A stretch of DNA of 64,000 nucleotides from Gekko japonicus (Eukaryota). This document shows, in pieces, positions 1 through 11,848 of this stretch (the first letter of the stretch is position 1; each line of letters starts with the position of its first letter). Made by a program: the position numbers and the translations under genes. The stretch lies in contig NW_015168742.1 of NCBI RefSeq assembly GCF_001447785.1, positions 136,471 to 200,470 on the forward strand, written 5' to 3'. The notes under the pieces were generated by a model. That model was not told the origin of the DNA. It made no database searches and worked only from the letters and a program-made list of their open reading frames with translations.

Positions 1-1391
1 GTGTATTTGCTGAATATAGTTTTTTAATTGCACTTATTCTGACATTCAGTGACAGAGTAAAATCATTCTGAAATAGCTTCTTAAAACTCCTTTCTGCATG
101 TTTAATCCACATCATCCAACAGATTCCATATGAAAAGGATGTTTTCCATGTGTGAGTAATGTGGTCCATTGTATTAGGGGAGTGATCAAGTAATTTCCAT
201 GGATGCTTGTAGGTGATTGCCTGCTTGGCAGGGAAATATTATCTGGGAGGAGACATTCTCTACCTTTCTCCCAAATTATCCATAAAACTGTTCCGGTCAC
301 AAGTGGCAAGCATGCATTCCCCTTGGCACTAGCTCTGGGGAGCAATGTAGGCTAATAGCAACCATACATTCTTCCTTCCAGCAGTTGCCTTGGGATAAAT
401 GAAGGTTGAGCTACCCCTGCCTTCTGAGGTAACCAAAGAAGGAAGGAACAATTGGTCATGAAGACTGCTTACACTTTGACACAATCTGTTTCTGATGCAA
501 ATTTATTCCCTAAGCAGTCATATTGGGGGAGAAAGACAATGGGCTCCCCTTCCTTTTTGAAGCAACCATGGGAGAAAAATAATATATTCAAAGACTTTCT
601 CAGAGCCCAGATCTTTCCCACAGTGGTCACCTTGGGGAGGGGCCTGTGAAGGAGGCTGAACACTCCAAAGCAACTGCAAGGAGTAGAGAAAATTAGACTA
701 GGAGTCAGGATGTCCCTTGATATATCTGAACCCAGATCTTCCCTGCACCTGTTACCTTGGGGGTGAAGATCATAGCAACTATCCTCTCCATGATGCCTTT
801 GAGATTTAGGTGTATTTTGAGATTTGAGTGTGAATGAGCTCCTGAACAAGATGGAGAAGGAAAATTGAGTTTTGGGGTTCTGGTGGGTATTGGACCATCT
901 GGCCTTAACCTAAGTACAAATATGAGAGATTTCACTATCCATTTAGCTTGCTTCAAAGTTTGGAGTGACTTTTGAAGTTCAAATATATGTCCAGTCTGTC
1001 TTAAGAGTGAAATTTTGGAATGTAGTTATGGTTGGATACACTTCAGCCCAACTGGAAGGTTTTTGTTTGAGATGCGGATGTGTGTCTGGATTTGCCCAGA
1101 TAATTTGTTGCTGTGACATGATGTTTGTGAGGGCACTGGGCTTTTCCTAAAGTGTGGTAATTTTGACAGTCCATAATCTAGCAATGGTCAAATAGTCAAA
1201 AGAAAATAATGTCCTTGGGGATTCCGATAGGTATCTGATCCTGCTAAAGGAGTAGAATTACTTTTTGAGGGTGGTTTTTAGTATTTGATGAGCATTTGGA
1301 GAGAAAACAAAAAGCTCTGGATTTCCAAACTTTTTAAAAAAACCTCACCAAAAACACCCTGAGAGTTCATCCATATCTCATACTACTACAT

Positions 1392-1457
1392 TTTATAATT
1401 TATTTAGAAAATTTATTTACCACCTTTCCAGAAACCTGCTTGAGGAGGCTTACAAGG
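1392..1457 (-). mobile_element. L2-type LINE/SINE 3' tail fragment
   Basis: Reverse complement reads tgtaagcctcctcaagc...gaaaggtggtaaataaat, the usual squamate L2 3' stem-loop followed by an (AAAT)n tail. Confidence 0.55.
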
Positions 1458-1642
1458 TAAAACAGTACAAGAAAATAATTTGTAAAAAAACCCAGACCAT
1501 ATACACAGTTTAAAATAAAGAATTTATCTAAACACAAATTTAAATAATAATCTGAATCTCTTAATATATCTAATTATGAATTAAGTTTAAATTTTGATGT
1601 ACAAGGTATATAAACTTTTAAATAAAAAGTTTAAAAGATCAT

Positions 1643-2698
1643 TGTAATGAGGCAGGTGGTCCTGCAGGGTCTGACTGGTGTCTGAAGCTTGCCAACAGCC
1701 CGGGTAGAGGTGGGAACACGGGCCAAGGGCAAACATCCACCACTGGAAGAAGGGCAGGACCAGGCCAGCCAACTGAGACAAATAAGAGGCAGCCAGGCAG
1801 CTTGTCCAGAGGGAAAGTCAACAAGAAAGTGCAGTGCAGAGGAGGAAATACTGGGTGGAGCAAGATGGTGGGATCTAGGAGCAATGTGCAGTCCAGCACA
1901 GATGGAGAAATCTGTTCCAGCATCTTCAGGGGGCAATGGAGAGGCCCCTGGAGCAAGTGAATGGCCGCAGAGGAGCTTGCAGGTGGTCGTGGAGTTGGAG
2001 GTGGGTCCAGTGTCACTGGCAGTAGCACTGAACTTTGCAGCAGAGGAGGGCACCAGTGAGGATGCAGTGCATACACCCCCAAAGAGCACCAGAGCTTGCC
2101 ACGATGGAACCAGGAGTGAGTAGGAGCCAGTGCCAGAAGCCAAAGGGTGCGTGAGGGGCCCCACCCCCAAGTGAGTTGGACTTCAGACTGTGGCATTCTG
2201 GCACTAGGCTGGCGGCGGGACTGCCGAGCACTTAAGTGTCTGTTCCATGGGACTGTCTGGGTGAAGGGTACACTGGAGGGGGGGAGAACAGAAGATGAGA
2301 TTGGATTTATACCCCTCCCTTCACTACCTGAAGGAATCTCAGAGTGGCTTACAATCCCTTTCCCTCCCCCCCACAACAGATACCCTGCGAGGTAGGTGAG
2401 GCTGAGAGAGTTCTCTTGAGAACTGCCGTTGAGAGAACAGCTCTGAGAGAATTTGTAACTGACCCCAGGTCACACCAGCAGCTGCATGTGGAGGAGCGGT
2501 GAATCAAACCGGGTTCTCCCAGATTAGAGTCCGCACTCTCTTTTTTTTTTTAACCACTACACCAAACGGGCGTAGGACTATAAAATGAGAGCTGAGGGTG
2601 GTGTTTGGCACAGTGTGTTGTCCAGTGAGAATCAAGAGAGGGAGCTTCAGGTGAGTGGACTGAGAGCAACCTGGTCTGAGGCCCTTGATCCTGTGACA
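1643..2698. mobile_element. Probable solo LTR (Gypsy-like), interrupted by a SINE
   Basis: GC-rich block in AT-rich flanks that starts TGTAA and ends TGTGACA, with TATAAAA near 2579; no clean TSD seen. Confidence 0.45.
2290..2570 (-). mobile_element. tRNA-derived SINE with L2-type tail (Squam3-like)
   Basis: Reverse complement starts gtttggtgtagtggtta (A box), contains ggtttgattc (B box) and ends ggtataaatccaatctcatcttct; same family as 60833-61112. Confidence 0.85.
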
Positions 2699-3188
2699 TT
2701 AATAAAAACTTAAAGCATTAAATACCTTTAAAAATTGAACACCTCAGTTAAAATCAGATCTGGTTTCAGGATTATGTGGCCCATTTCCCCTTTGGCACAA
2801 ACCCTTTTCCCTCCAACCACGGCCTTTCCATTTGGTCCCTTTCTTCAATTCTTCTTCAACCACTCCCTTTTCCATTTCAATTTGCTTATTATGGTAAAGA
2901 GAAATCATACCAAATTATGCTTTCTTAGTTACTTTTTAAACTTTGTATACAACCAGAAAGAAGAAAATATGGCTTCCATGATTTTATTTGGTGGGCATTC
3001 AATAAAATTGGTATCATTTGTGTCAAAGCAATAAAAATATCAATCTGGAGGAACCTCAGTCTCATGGTCTGTGGAAAAGTTTCTCCACTGAAAGTGAGGA
3101 GGCCAATCTGTGTTAATCCAAAATGCTTAATTAATTGAACAATCCTAACATATTGAAGACATTCATTTGAAAACATCAGGTAGAAAGA

Positions 3189-4377
3189 GAGTTTCCGGCG
3201 GAACGGCACAGCGATGAGGTTGGTGTTCGGGTGCTCCCGATCGCCCTCATCCTTCCCCGCTTCTTTTTTGAGGTTCTGAGGCACTTGTGACCAAACGGAC
3301 CTCAGCCGACCTCTCAGAGGGAGGTTGGAGTGCAGAAAATTTACTCGGTTACCCCAGGAGTGGTGGCTGTGGGGTGTATTAGAGGTCATCTTGAAGCGAG
3401 AATGGGTACTGGAGACAAACATGGCTGCCATGTTCGTCATAGCCACGACCACTGCTTTTAAGAAAATTTGGACTAAAATACTATACACAGCAACAAGAAT
3501 GTGAGTACGTGTATTTTCAATTGTGGAATTGTGATGACCCTTATTCTATGACCCTTTATGAATAACTCCAAACTTGAGAGGGGAAAAAAATGGCTAAAAA
3601 GAGAATGGGAGTTCAAAGTTATACAGAAAACTTTTGTTGGGGGACAAAATATTGTATTTGTCGGAATATGCAAGTGAATGGGACTGAGTTGGTATTGTAT
3701 GGCAGTACCCTTTTTTGGAAATAGAAGAATATTGAATTATTTGTGGAATTGTAAGCAGTGTGGTTGAATAAGAAAATGGCGTCTGTAGCGGAGATGGAGG
3801 AGGTTGTAGCAGAAGAAGCTGAGGAAATGGATGATTTTGAAAGTAAAGAAATTGGGAGTCTTACTATGGAACAACTTCACAAGCTGTTGTTTGATGAAAT
3901 TCATCAGGCGATGGAAGTGGCTTGCAAAAATCTGTTTCAAATCCCCCAAGTACCCAGCCAGACTTACAAAATGAGAAAGAACCCTCACAGATTCTACGGA
4001 GGAGGAGAAACAGGACTATTTACAAGAGAATACATTACCGGACATTTTGCCCCTAACTAAGAAAAGAATTGGGAGTATCATTAGACAAAATAATGATATA
4101 AAAGATTTAATAGGATACAACTGGAAGTTGAAATGGGCAAAAAGATCTCTTCAAAAGCGACCATGCAAAAATAATAAGGAATGGAACTTTTTTTTTTTTT
4201 TTTTAGTTGGGAAGACATGTCAAAAGATTAAATGTCATAATCATTGTAGTAAGAGGAAAAAGCAAAATACCTAACTTGTGATTTATTGTTTGATGTTGTG
4301 TTATATATTTGAATATCTTATTTCTTTCTTGTTCTTTCTTTCTGAAAAACTAATACAAAGAATTTTTTTTTAAAAAA
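3189..4377 (+). mobile_element. Short non-autonomous L1-type retroelement (CpG-rich 5' end, short acidic ORF, A-rich tail, no ORF2)
   Basis: 20-bp TSD gaaaacatca(g/a)gtagaaaga at 3169-3188 and 4378-4397; CpG-rich 5' end; ORF 3758-4060; A-rich 3' end. Confidence 0.7.
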
Positions 4378-4734
4378 GAAAACATCAAGTAGAAAGAAGG
4401 GAACTTAATTTTATTAGGGAACACTGAATCAAAGGAGCAATAAATTAACTAGTAGAAGAAAATAATACTGAGAAGTGTATCACCCTTTTTTTTAAACAAA
4501 GAGTTACATCTTTGATACAACTGATTTAATTCTCCAACAAATATCACAATCCAATTGTTTAATTGTTGGTTTTATAGATATGCATGGTTTTTAAAAATTG
4601 ATTTGTATTATATATTTTAGTTGTTGGCTCTCTTGAGGCTCTACTTGAGTACAAAGATGACTAGGGCTGCAATCACCCCCCCCCCAGTGGATTATTTAGT
4701 GTGTGTGACCAAGTATATTTTTTGCCTGTATGTA

Positions 4735-5131
4735 CCCATAATGATCAAGAGATAACAGATATAGAATTGCAACTCCTTCCAGAAATTTTTCTTCTGAATA
4801 TAATACTAGATAGACTAAGTAAAGACGATCACTGCGTTATTCTATATATTCTATATATTCTCACAGTAAGCAGAATCCTTGTAGCTAAAAAATGGAAAAC
4901 GGATACCTAGAAGAGATGAGATAATCGAAAAAATCCTTGAAATAGCGGAAATGAACAGATTAAACCAGTTGCTAGCAGGGAGAGATGATAATGCTTTTAA
5001 GAAAAGGTGGACTAAGGTAAATAAATGGTTAGGAAAAAATGTATAAAGTACACTCCAAAGAATGTTAAGTATACAATGAATTTCTTTTTTTTTTGTAATG
5101 GAAAATACATAAATAATTCTTTAAAAAGAAA
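4735..5131 (+). mobile_element. L1 ORF2 C-terminal fragment with 3' UTR and A tail
   Basis: Translation ELQLLPEIFLLNI...ILTVSRILVAKKWK resembles the squamate L1 ORF2 C-terminus; A-rich tail at about 5110-5135. Confidence 0.75.
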
Positions 5132-5536
5132 AAGAAGTGTACCATGAGAAAGCACCTCTAATGCATTGACTAGTTGTTCCAAGTAAGCTCACTACATTCA
5201 GTGTTCAACCCAAAGCTGAAAAGCTTTAAAATGCTTTAAGCTATCAATTTAGAGAATAATATAAATTACATATGCATTTTAAACAATTTTTTTAGGTGCA
5301 CACCAGTATAAGTTTTAAATTCCCATCTTGGCCATCTGGTTGTTTTGATACTCCTCTCCTAAAGCACTATATACTACAGTATATAACTACAGTATTTTTA
5401 CCCATGAAACAAAACAAATCCATTTATCTTACCCTACCCCTGAACACAGTTTTCCTCACATAAAATAAGTGGAGAAACTTTTTTAAAAAGAGAAAAAAGA
5501 TAGTAATTTTATAATAGTGCAGTCCCAAGCAGCATT

Positions 5537-5877
5537 AAGGTAAAGGTAAATATTTCCCTTGCTCGAAAGCTAGTCGAATCTGACTCTAGGGGGTGGTGTT
5601 CATCTCTGTTTCCAAGCCGAAGAGCCAGTGCTATCCAAAGACATTTCCATGGTCATGTGGCCAGCATGACTAAACACCAAGGCACACGGAACGCTGTTAC
5701 CTTCCCACCAAAGTGGTACCTATTTATCTACTTGCAATTTCTTGCTTTCGAACTGCCGGGTTGGCAGGAGCTGGGGCCAGAGACGGGAGCTCACTCCATC
5801 ACATGGCACTTGGGTCTCAAACTACTGAGCTATAGACCTTCCATTCTGCAGCTTCAGCATCTTAACCTCTGAGCCAC
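5537..5877 (-). mobile_element. Sauria SINE
   Basis: (ACCTTT)n tail read as aaggtaaaggt, conserved core catgtggccagcatgactaaacaccaagg, tRNA-like head at the right end. Confidence 0.92.
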
Positions 5878-6249
5878 TGTTATGTATTGGGACTGAAACA
5901 TTGCAGGACTGTGCTGCCAGAGACAAGGTGAGCTTGGAGCTGAATAACAATAGACCAACAGGATTCTGGCTGTAACCAATCAAGGTGTAGGACAGTGCTT
6001 CCAGATACAGGATGGGCTTAGATCTGAGTAACAAAAGACCAACAGGATTCTGGCAGTAACCAATTAAGATGCAAAGTTTTGTAAAGAGCCTATCGTTGGG
6101 AGTGGAGTGTGTTGGGGTGTGGCCATTGCATGCAATATAACCGAGCTGAGGCTCTGGTCTACATTCTTGTTCTTGCTGCAATAACTGAATAAAGTAGAGC
6201 TGATCACTAGACTGGGAGTCTGTTCATCCATGGAACCCACTGTTTAACA
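5878..6249 (+). mobile_element. Solo LTR (Gypsy-associated)
   Basis: TGT...ACA termini, 5-bp TSD gccac (5873-5877 and 6250-6254), internal ~38-bp direct repeat, TATA-like motif and AATAAA; 3' end matches the LTR end at 61344-61448. Confidence 0.85.
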
Positions 6250-6961
6250 GCCACATTCTTTTAAACCCATGGCTTCTAGTGAACTTGGAAGGATGTAACT
6301 CTGCTTGGGATTGTACTGTAAAATCCATATAACTATGCTATATACAGGTTTAACAATGCCTGGCCATATTTCATTTATACTGAAAGTGTCTTTTAGTACT
6401 GGTAATCTCCCCCATGAATTCCAGATATATCAATTCCAAGTTCCACTAAGAACTGTTAGGTCCTGAGTTTTGTAATTGCTATGATTATGTTGGGTAAAGT
6501 ATACTGTACAATGAATTGTATTCTATTAATTTTTAATTATTAATTTTATTAAAATATTTATATTCCACCTTTCCTGTACCTCAAGGTGAATTATTTATTT
6601 GCTTTTCTTAAATGATTTATCTAAAATTAAGCTCATTATTCTGTTGATCACTTACTATTTTACATTTCATTAGAATTAAATGGCTTCTTTCATTGAATGT
6701 TTTTATATTAAATAAAATAATCACTTTCATATTCTACAGACAGTGGTTATATATTTCCTGCTCTGCTTGCTTGATTGTGTTGGTCATTATGTCATATGGT
6801 GCAAATCAGCCATCAGCTGTCTTAATTCATACTCATATCTAATGAGTGTTCCTCTTGTACACAAGGGACCATCAGTACACATAAATTTCCTCAGTGAGGA
6901 AATGGTAGCTTCCTGGGGCTATTACAAATCAGAAAAAGACATGGAACGGAAAGGTGAAGCT

Positions 6962-7080
6962 TAGGGTTGCCAAATGCATTTTGGCCGGGAGCGGGGGGCT
7001 CCCGGCCGGCGTCTAATTTGTGCGCGCGCGTCACCCGGAAGTGACGTCGCACACTGGGGGCGGGGCCACGCCATTTGAGG
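6962..7080 (+). mobile_element. CpG-rich hAT-type MITE end
   Basis: Starts with tagggttgcca, a TIR motif seen again at about 15177, 26924 and 40482. Confidence 0.6.
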
Positions 7081-7782
7081 GGAAAACAAAGAGTTTTCCC
7101 CTCAAATGACCCACCTGCCTGCCTGTTGGCAGGGGGTGGCAATGATGGCACTGGTGCGGTGGTGGTGGCTCCTGCTTCTCCCCTCCCACCTTTCTGCCCA
7201 CCTCCTACTGCAGCTTCTGCTCATACTCCCTTGCCTGTCTGGCTCACAGGGTTGTGGTGGCTGCTCTTTCTTTTTCCAAAATGGTAGCCAAGGTCTCCGT
7301 CTTCGAAATGTAAAAATTTTATTGTTCTGGGTTGTTTTTGCAAACCTAGGCATTCCGCCAGGGGTTTGTAGAAAATGTCTACTCTGTTTACCTGGCCCAT
7401 TTTTTTTTCTTCTGTCCACAAGGGTTCAGAATCATACATGTTTCTTCACCCAAAATGTTAAACATGTGATAGGCATGTTATTGGGGCAGCAGAGATGGGT
7501 TATATTTAAGTGGATTCAACAATTAATAATTCCCAATATTTTCCTTTTTGATAGTGTTTCATTGTTGGGGGGGGGGATTTGAGTGCCAACGTTCACCCCT
7601 GCCAGCTTCAGGGTAAATTCAAATAATCAGGTGGCCAAGACAATATTTAGAACTGGCCAAAAACACCTTGTAAATCATTTGTAGACAGTCTTCTCTGAGG
7701 CAAATTATCCTAAATTGGTTATAAATACATCCTGCCTTTCAAAGGTGTATTGTGAAGGTACACGTCACCTTTCCCCTGCTTA

Positions 7783-7795
7783 NNNNNNNNNNNNN
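7783..7795. other. Assembly gap (13 N)
   Basis: Run of N. Confidence 1.
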
Positions 7796-8714
7796 CAGGA
7801 ATAACCTTGTCTGCTTATGAGAACCAAGAAGGAGTCCAGAGGTAATAAAAGCAAGAACAATGATCCTTTCCCTATATTTAACAGCCATTAGCTATTCATC
7901 CACAGTTTCTCACAAAAAATGAATGAATGAAAGTCAGCTCCCACTTTACACTATAAATAGAAAAACTGACACATTTCTCATGCAGTTTGCCGATCTACTT
8001 GATAGCAGATAGTGCAATGTCCGCTTCTCAGAAAGTCTCATTTGCTGTTTTATCCAAGGAGTAATATATTTGTTTTTTGTGTTATTGTTTTTGGGACATA
8101 TTAAAACAATATGAGCTAGGGAGTCTACTTGGTCTGGACAATAAGGGCATTTGTGTTCCTCTGCAGGAATTCTATCTCTCTTGCACCTCAGCTGAGTCGA
8201 AGGCATTACATCTTGCCAATAGAAAAGCTAATCTAAATTTATGAATTTCTAATCAGTGGAAATAGTCTGGCAAGGGGAAATTACCACTAAAGAGCATCTG
8301 GAAGAAGAGTGGAGAACATGGTATGATTTGTGCCCTTGAGCACCAAGGGCCAATCAATATTTACGATCTTATTGTAGAACTTTTTTACAGCTTTCTTTCC
8401 AAATACTGTTCCTTGCAGCATTCAGTCACTCTATTGGGAGGGGAAGTCTTTTATCTAAATTCCTACTCCAAGTGGACACAGAGGTATCTGAAATTAATAA
8501 CTGAAACAAAACAGGAGCTACTGAAGACTTGAAGAGGGAAAACTGAAATTTAATGATAAAATGATAAATGATAGTCAGTAGGTTTGGAAGCCCCGGCTCT
8601 AATCGCAAGGTGGAGGATTGCAGAATACCCAAAAGGTTTCTAAAAATACTGACTTTAAAAAAAAATCAAGATGTTTTATATGACCAGTATACCATACTAG
8701 AGCAGCATGTATGA

Positions 8715-8808
8715 ATAACTGAATCGCAGAGTTGGAAGGGGCCATACAGGCCATCTAGTCCAACTCCCTGCTCAATGCAGGATCAGCCTACAGTATCCCT
8801 GGCAAGAC
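8715..8808 (-). mobile_element. CR1 3' end fragment
   Basis: gaatcgcagagttggaaggggcc...tctagtccaac is the reverse complement of the CR1 3' terminus. Confidence 0.7.
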
Positions 8809-8925
8809 AAAAGATGACCAAAGGTATTACTGCTCTATAAAGGATCATAACTGCTGGTACAAATCCTTTGTAATAAAATATTTTTAAAGAAAATAGAGGA
8901 CGAGTTTAACTTCTGCATTAATGTA

Positions 8926-9276
8926 AGTAAAGGTAAAGGTTCCCTTGCTCGAAAGCCAGTCGAATCCGACTCTAGGGTTGCGGTGCCCATCTCCGTTTCA
9001 AAGCCGAAGAGCCAGCGCTGTCCGAAGACGTTTCCGTGGTCATGTGGCCAGCATGACTAAACACCAAGGCGCACGGAACACTGTTACCTTCCCACCAAAG
9101 TGGTCCCTATTTATCTACTTGCAATTTCTTGCTTTCGAACTGCTAGGTTGGCAGGAGCTGGAACTAGAGATGGGAGCTCACTCCATCATGCAGCACCCAG
9201 GTCTCGAACTGCTGAACTACTGACCTTCCACAGCCTGCAGTTCAGCGTCTTAACCACTTGAGCCACCGCAGCTCCT
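8926..9276 (-). mobile_element. Full-length Sauria SINE
   Basis: (ACCTTT)n tail, complete head, 12-bp TSD tgcattaatgta at 8914-8925 and 9277-9288. Confidence 0.95.
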
Positions 9277-9682
9277 TGCATTAATGTATAGATATGCAAA
9301 TCCCAAGGGAGCTTTTGGTGAAACCATAACCCCAATGTACTTGAAATGTCTTAATATCTCAATTGAGCTTCCCTGCAAGAATAAAGAACACATCCTTTTA
9401 GGTTTGGATTTAGAGAAGATTAGTACCTTTGTTTTATCAACATTTATTTCTAAATATTCTTTGATGCAGAAATCATAAAACTTGTTCAGTATTTTCACTA
9501 AACCTGACAGTGTATGGGCTAATAAAGCTAGATTGTCTGCATATGCTAAATAAGGTACAGGCTGATCACTTAGCTGAAGAGAACACGATCTACAGTCCTG
9601 CCTAGGAAGAAAATCATTTATATATAAACTAAATAAATGCAGGGCCAAGATGCAGCCCTGCCTAACACCTCTTCATATCCTG

Positions 9683-10205
9683 ACTGTCCCAAATTTTACA
9701 ATTTCAGAGAAACTTAGATATATTGGCTCTCCTTTTTGAAGGTACCCAGACAATGGAGAGCTTTTACGTTGGCAAGGTGGCAAGCTCCCCTCTGCAGTTC
9801 TGGAGGGGAGATACAAAAAGATCACCATGAAGGAGAGAATCTATCCCTGTGGTATTGTACAGGTGGAATCAGTTGAGCATGTCTTGCTTTATTGCTGTTT
9901 TTATCAGGAAATTTGCTCAGATATAATCTCCCCATTGCTTAAAAGATTTTCAGGCTGTTCTGATGTTGATATTTCAAAGAAGCTTTTATTGAGTGTTAAT
10001 CAACAGACCACTATTAGTTCTGCAAAAAAGATTTTCAGCAGCGTGTAAAATATTTTGGGAAATTCCATGTAAAGCCTTTACATTTAGTAAATGCCAACTG
10101 TTGTGTTAGCAGGATGACATTTTCTATTCTTCTAATTAATTTATTGTAAATCTTTCAATCTTTTGATTTGTACTGGTCATAGACCAAATAAATTTGGATC
10201 TGAAT
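9683..10205 (+). mobile_element. RTE-X-like LINE 3' end inserted antisense into the minus-strand RTE-X
   Basis: WRAFTLAR...VLEGRYKK...PCG...HVLLYC zinc-finger region, 3' UTR ending ctggtcatagaccaaataaa; atcctg occurs on both sides. Confidence 0.8.
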
Positions 10206-11177
10206 CCTGTTTGGGTTCAAGAGGAGCTACCTGGTATACAAATCTGAAGAATATTTTCAGAATATAGATTCCTAATAAACACCAGCAATCTGCCAGTCAT
10301 ACCCATGTTAAAAAGTCCCCCCCCCAAAGTCTAGCAAGAGATATAAAATTGGATGCACTATAGAGTTCAATAAATGAAAAGTACACCCACTTGCACCTTC
10401 TGTATGTTTATTCGCTAGAGAAGATAATGTGAAATGAGGCAAGCAAGAAACTTTCCCCCCTAAATCCATATTGGATGCATTGTTTAAGATATTTGATTCC
10501 TCCATCCATACTTTCAGCCTGTTGGCTAAATGGCTAGCATAAAGCTTGCCTATAACAAGCTTACAGGGCGATAGTTAGCTGGATCGTCTTTTGTTCCTTT
10601 TTTTTTTTTTAAAAAACATAACTATAATTGCTAACTTCCAAATATCAGGTATTTTTCCAGTCTGATTTCCCTCAGTAAATAATGGTGCCAGAAAGGAAGC
10701 CCACCAGTCTGGGTCAAGTTTAAGTAATTCAGGTGGGAAATAATCACACTGTGGAGACTTCGCCGGTTTTAAAGATTTTATTAGACTGACTACTCCTCTT
10801 TTTGAGACATCTGGCCAGTTTGGAAATGTTGAAATCTTTAGATTAAGTGGGATTTCGAGTTTATCCCTAGCTTTAGCAAAGGCTTTTTTGCAATGCTGTT
10901 CCCACTTAGAGGGGGAAATTAGAGGTACAGGTTCCATTTGAGAGCTAGAGGTCTAATGTGCAAGAACAATATTTATTTCCCTGCTTAGATATTAAAAATG
11001 AAACTGTATACATTTCTAGCAACATAGCACAGACTGCAGAAAATTTTAGTTTACAATGTATTGTTTCATAAAGAGAGGGTTATAGAGCCAGAAATTGTGA
11101 ATCTACTGTTCATGGTAGACTCAAAAAGTTTATTAGACTTTACAGGAGCCAATATCCCACAGAGCTCAGTCTGCCTT

Positions 11178-11848
11178 TGTGACGGATAACACAGAAAAGC
11201 AGGCTTTTTAAAATGCTACTTGGTACAGAGGAAGGTTAGGAGTGAATTCTCCCTGGAGAGAAGAGCTAAGGTGTTTGGCTTCTCTGCTAACTCTTTGACT
11301 AGCCAGCATCAGCTGAGAGACATATGAAACAGCTGATCTGGAGGGAAAAGTTGTCTTTCAGATTTAGTCTTTTCACAATTTGGCCTTTCGCCTTTTGAGA
11401 TACTTTTGGTCTGGGTCTGAAAACCAGTGTCAGATCAGTAGTCAGAGGGTGACTTCTGAGGGAAGAGACATTTGGGGAGTCAGACAATAGTCAGGCAATA
11501 GTCAGAAAAGTACTTCTACAGAAAGAAGAAGAAAAACCTACAGAACAAGAAAAATCTATATATTAACATTGTTCTGAGGGAGAACTTAGATTCTCAGTAC
11601 GCAAAGCTACAGAACAACCTTATACAGACAAAGGATACTGGAGAAGGATTTGACAGAAGGTCTTGGAAGTTAGAGAGAACTCCAAGACAAGCCAAATAGT
11701 AAAAGGAGTTATTGCTTCTTAGGGACAAGGAGAATAATTTTCTGCCAGTGAAAGGGGTTGGGAAGAGAACCCTGGTCTGTAATAAAGGAGAGTAGTTTAG
11801 ACACCTCAGGAGTTAAATTACAGGATATGCTGAACTGTGTCCATAACA
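11178..11848 (+). mobile_element. Unclassified LTR-like repeat, copy 1
   Basis: Starts TGTGA; collinear similarity with 55443-55900 (gaaaagcagg...aaaatgct; atcagctgagaga; aaaggagttattgc); right boundary uncertain. Confidence 0.45.

Larger units (their letters stand above)
5515..6320. mobile_element. Palindromic MITE split by a SINE and a solo LTR
   Basis: Left arm tagtgcagtcccaagcag (5515-5532) is the inverted complement of ctgcttgggattgtactg (6301-6318); a related uninterrupted element lies at 19183-19277. Confidence 0.55.
7940..10960 (-). mobile_element. Degraded RTE-X-like LINE ORF2 (RT plus C-terminal CCHC), interrupted several times
   Basis: Collinear minus-strand pieces: N-terminal RT (10575-10937, IPDIWKLAIIV), GVRQGCILA and YADNL (9290-9680), and CPYC...HIVLIC finger (7946-8206). 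Confidence 0.8.

Noticed and set aside
1631-2395. Overlapping ORFs of 144-245 aa
   Set aside because: They lie in a GC-rich LTR-like block and a SINE, show no domain motif, and are open on both strands
4471-5143. agaagtgta(t/c)ca as TSD of the L1 fragment with a 5' inversion
   Set aside because: Short match, and the sequence between 4483 and 4735 could not be assigned to L1
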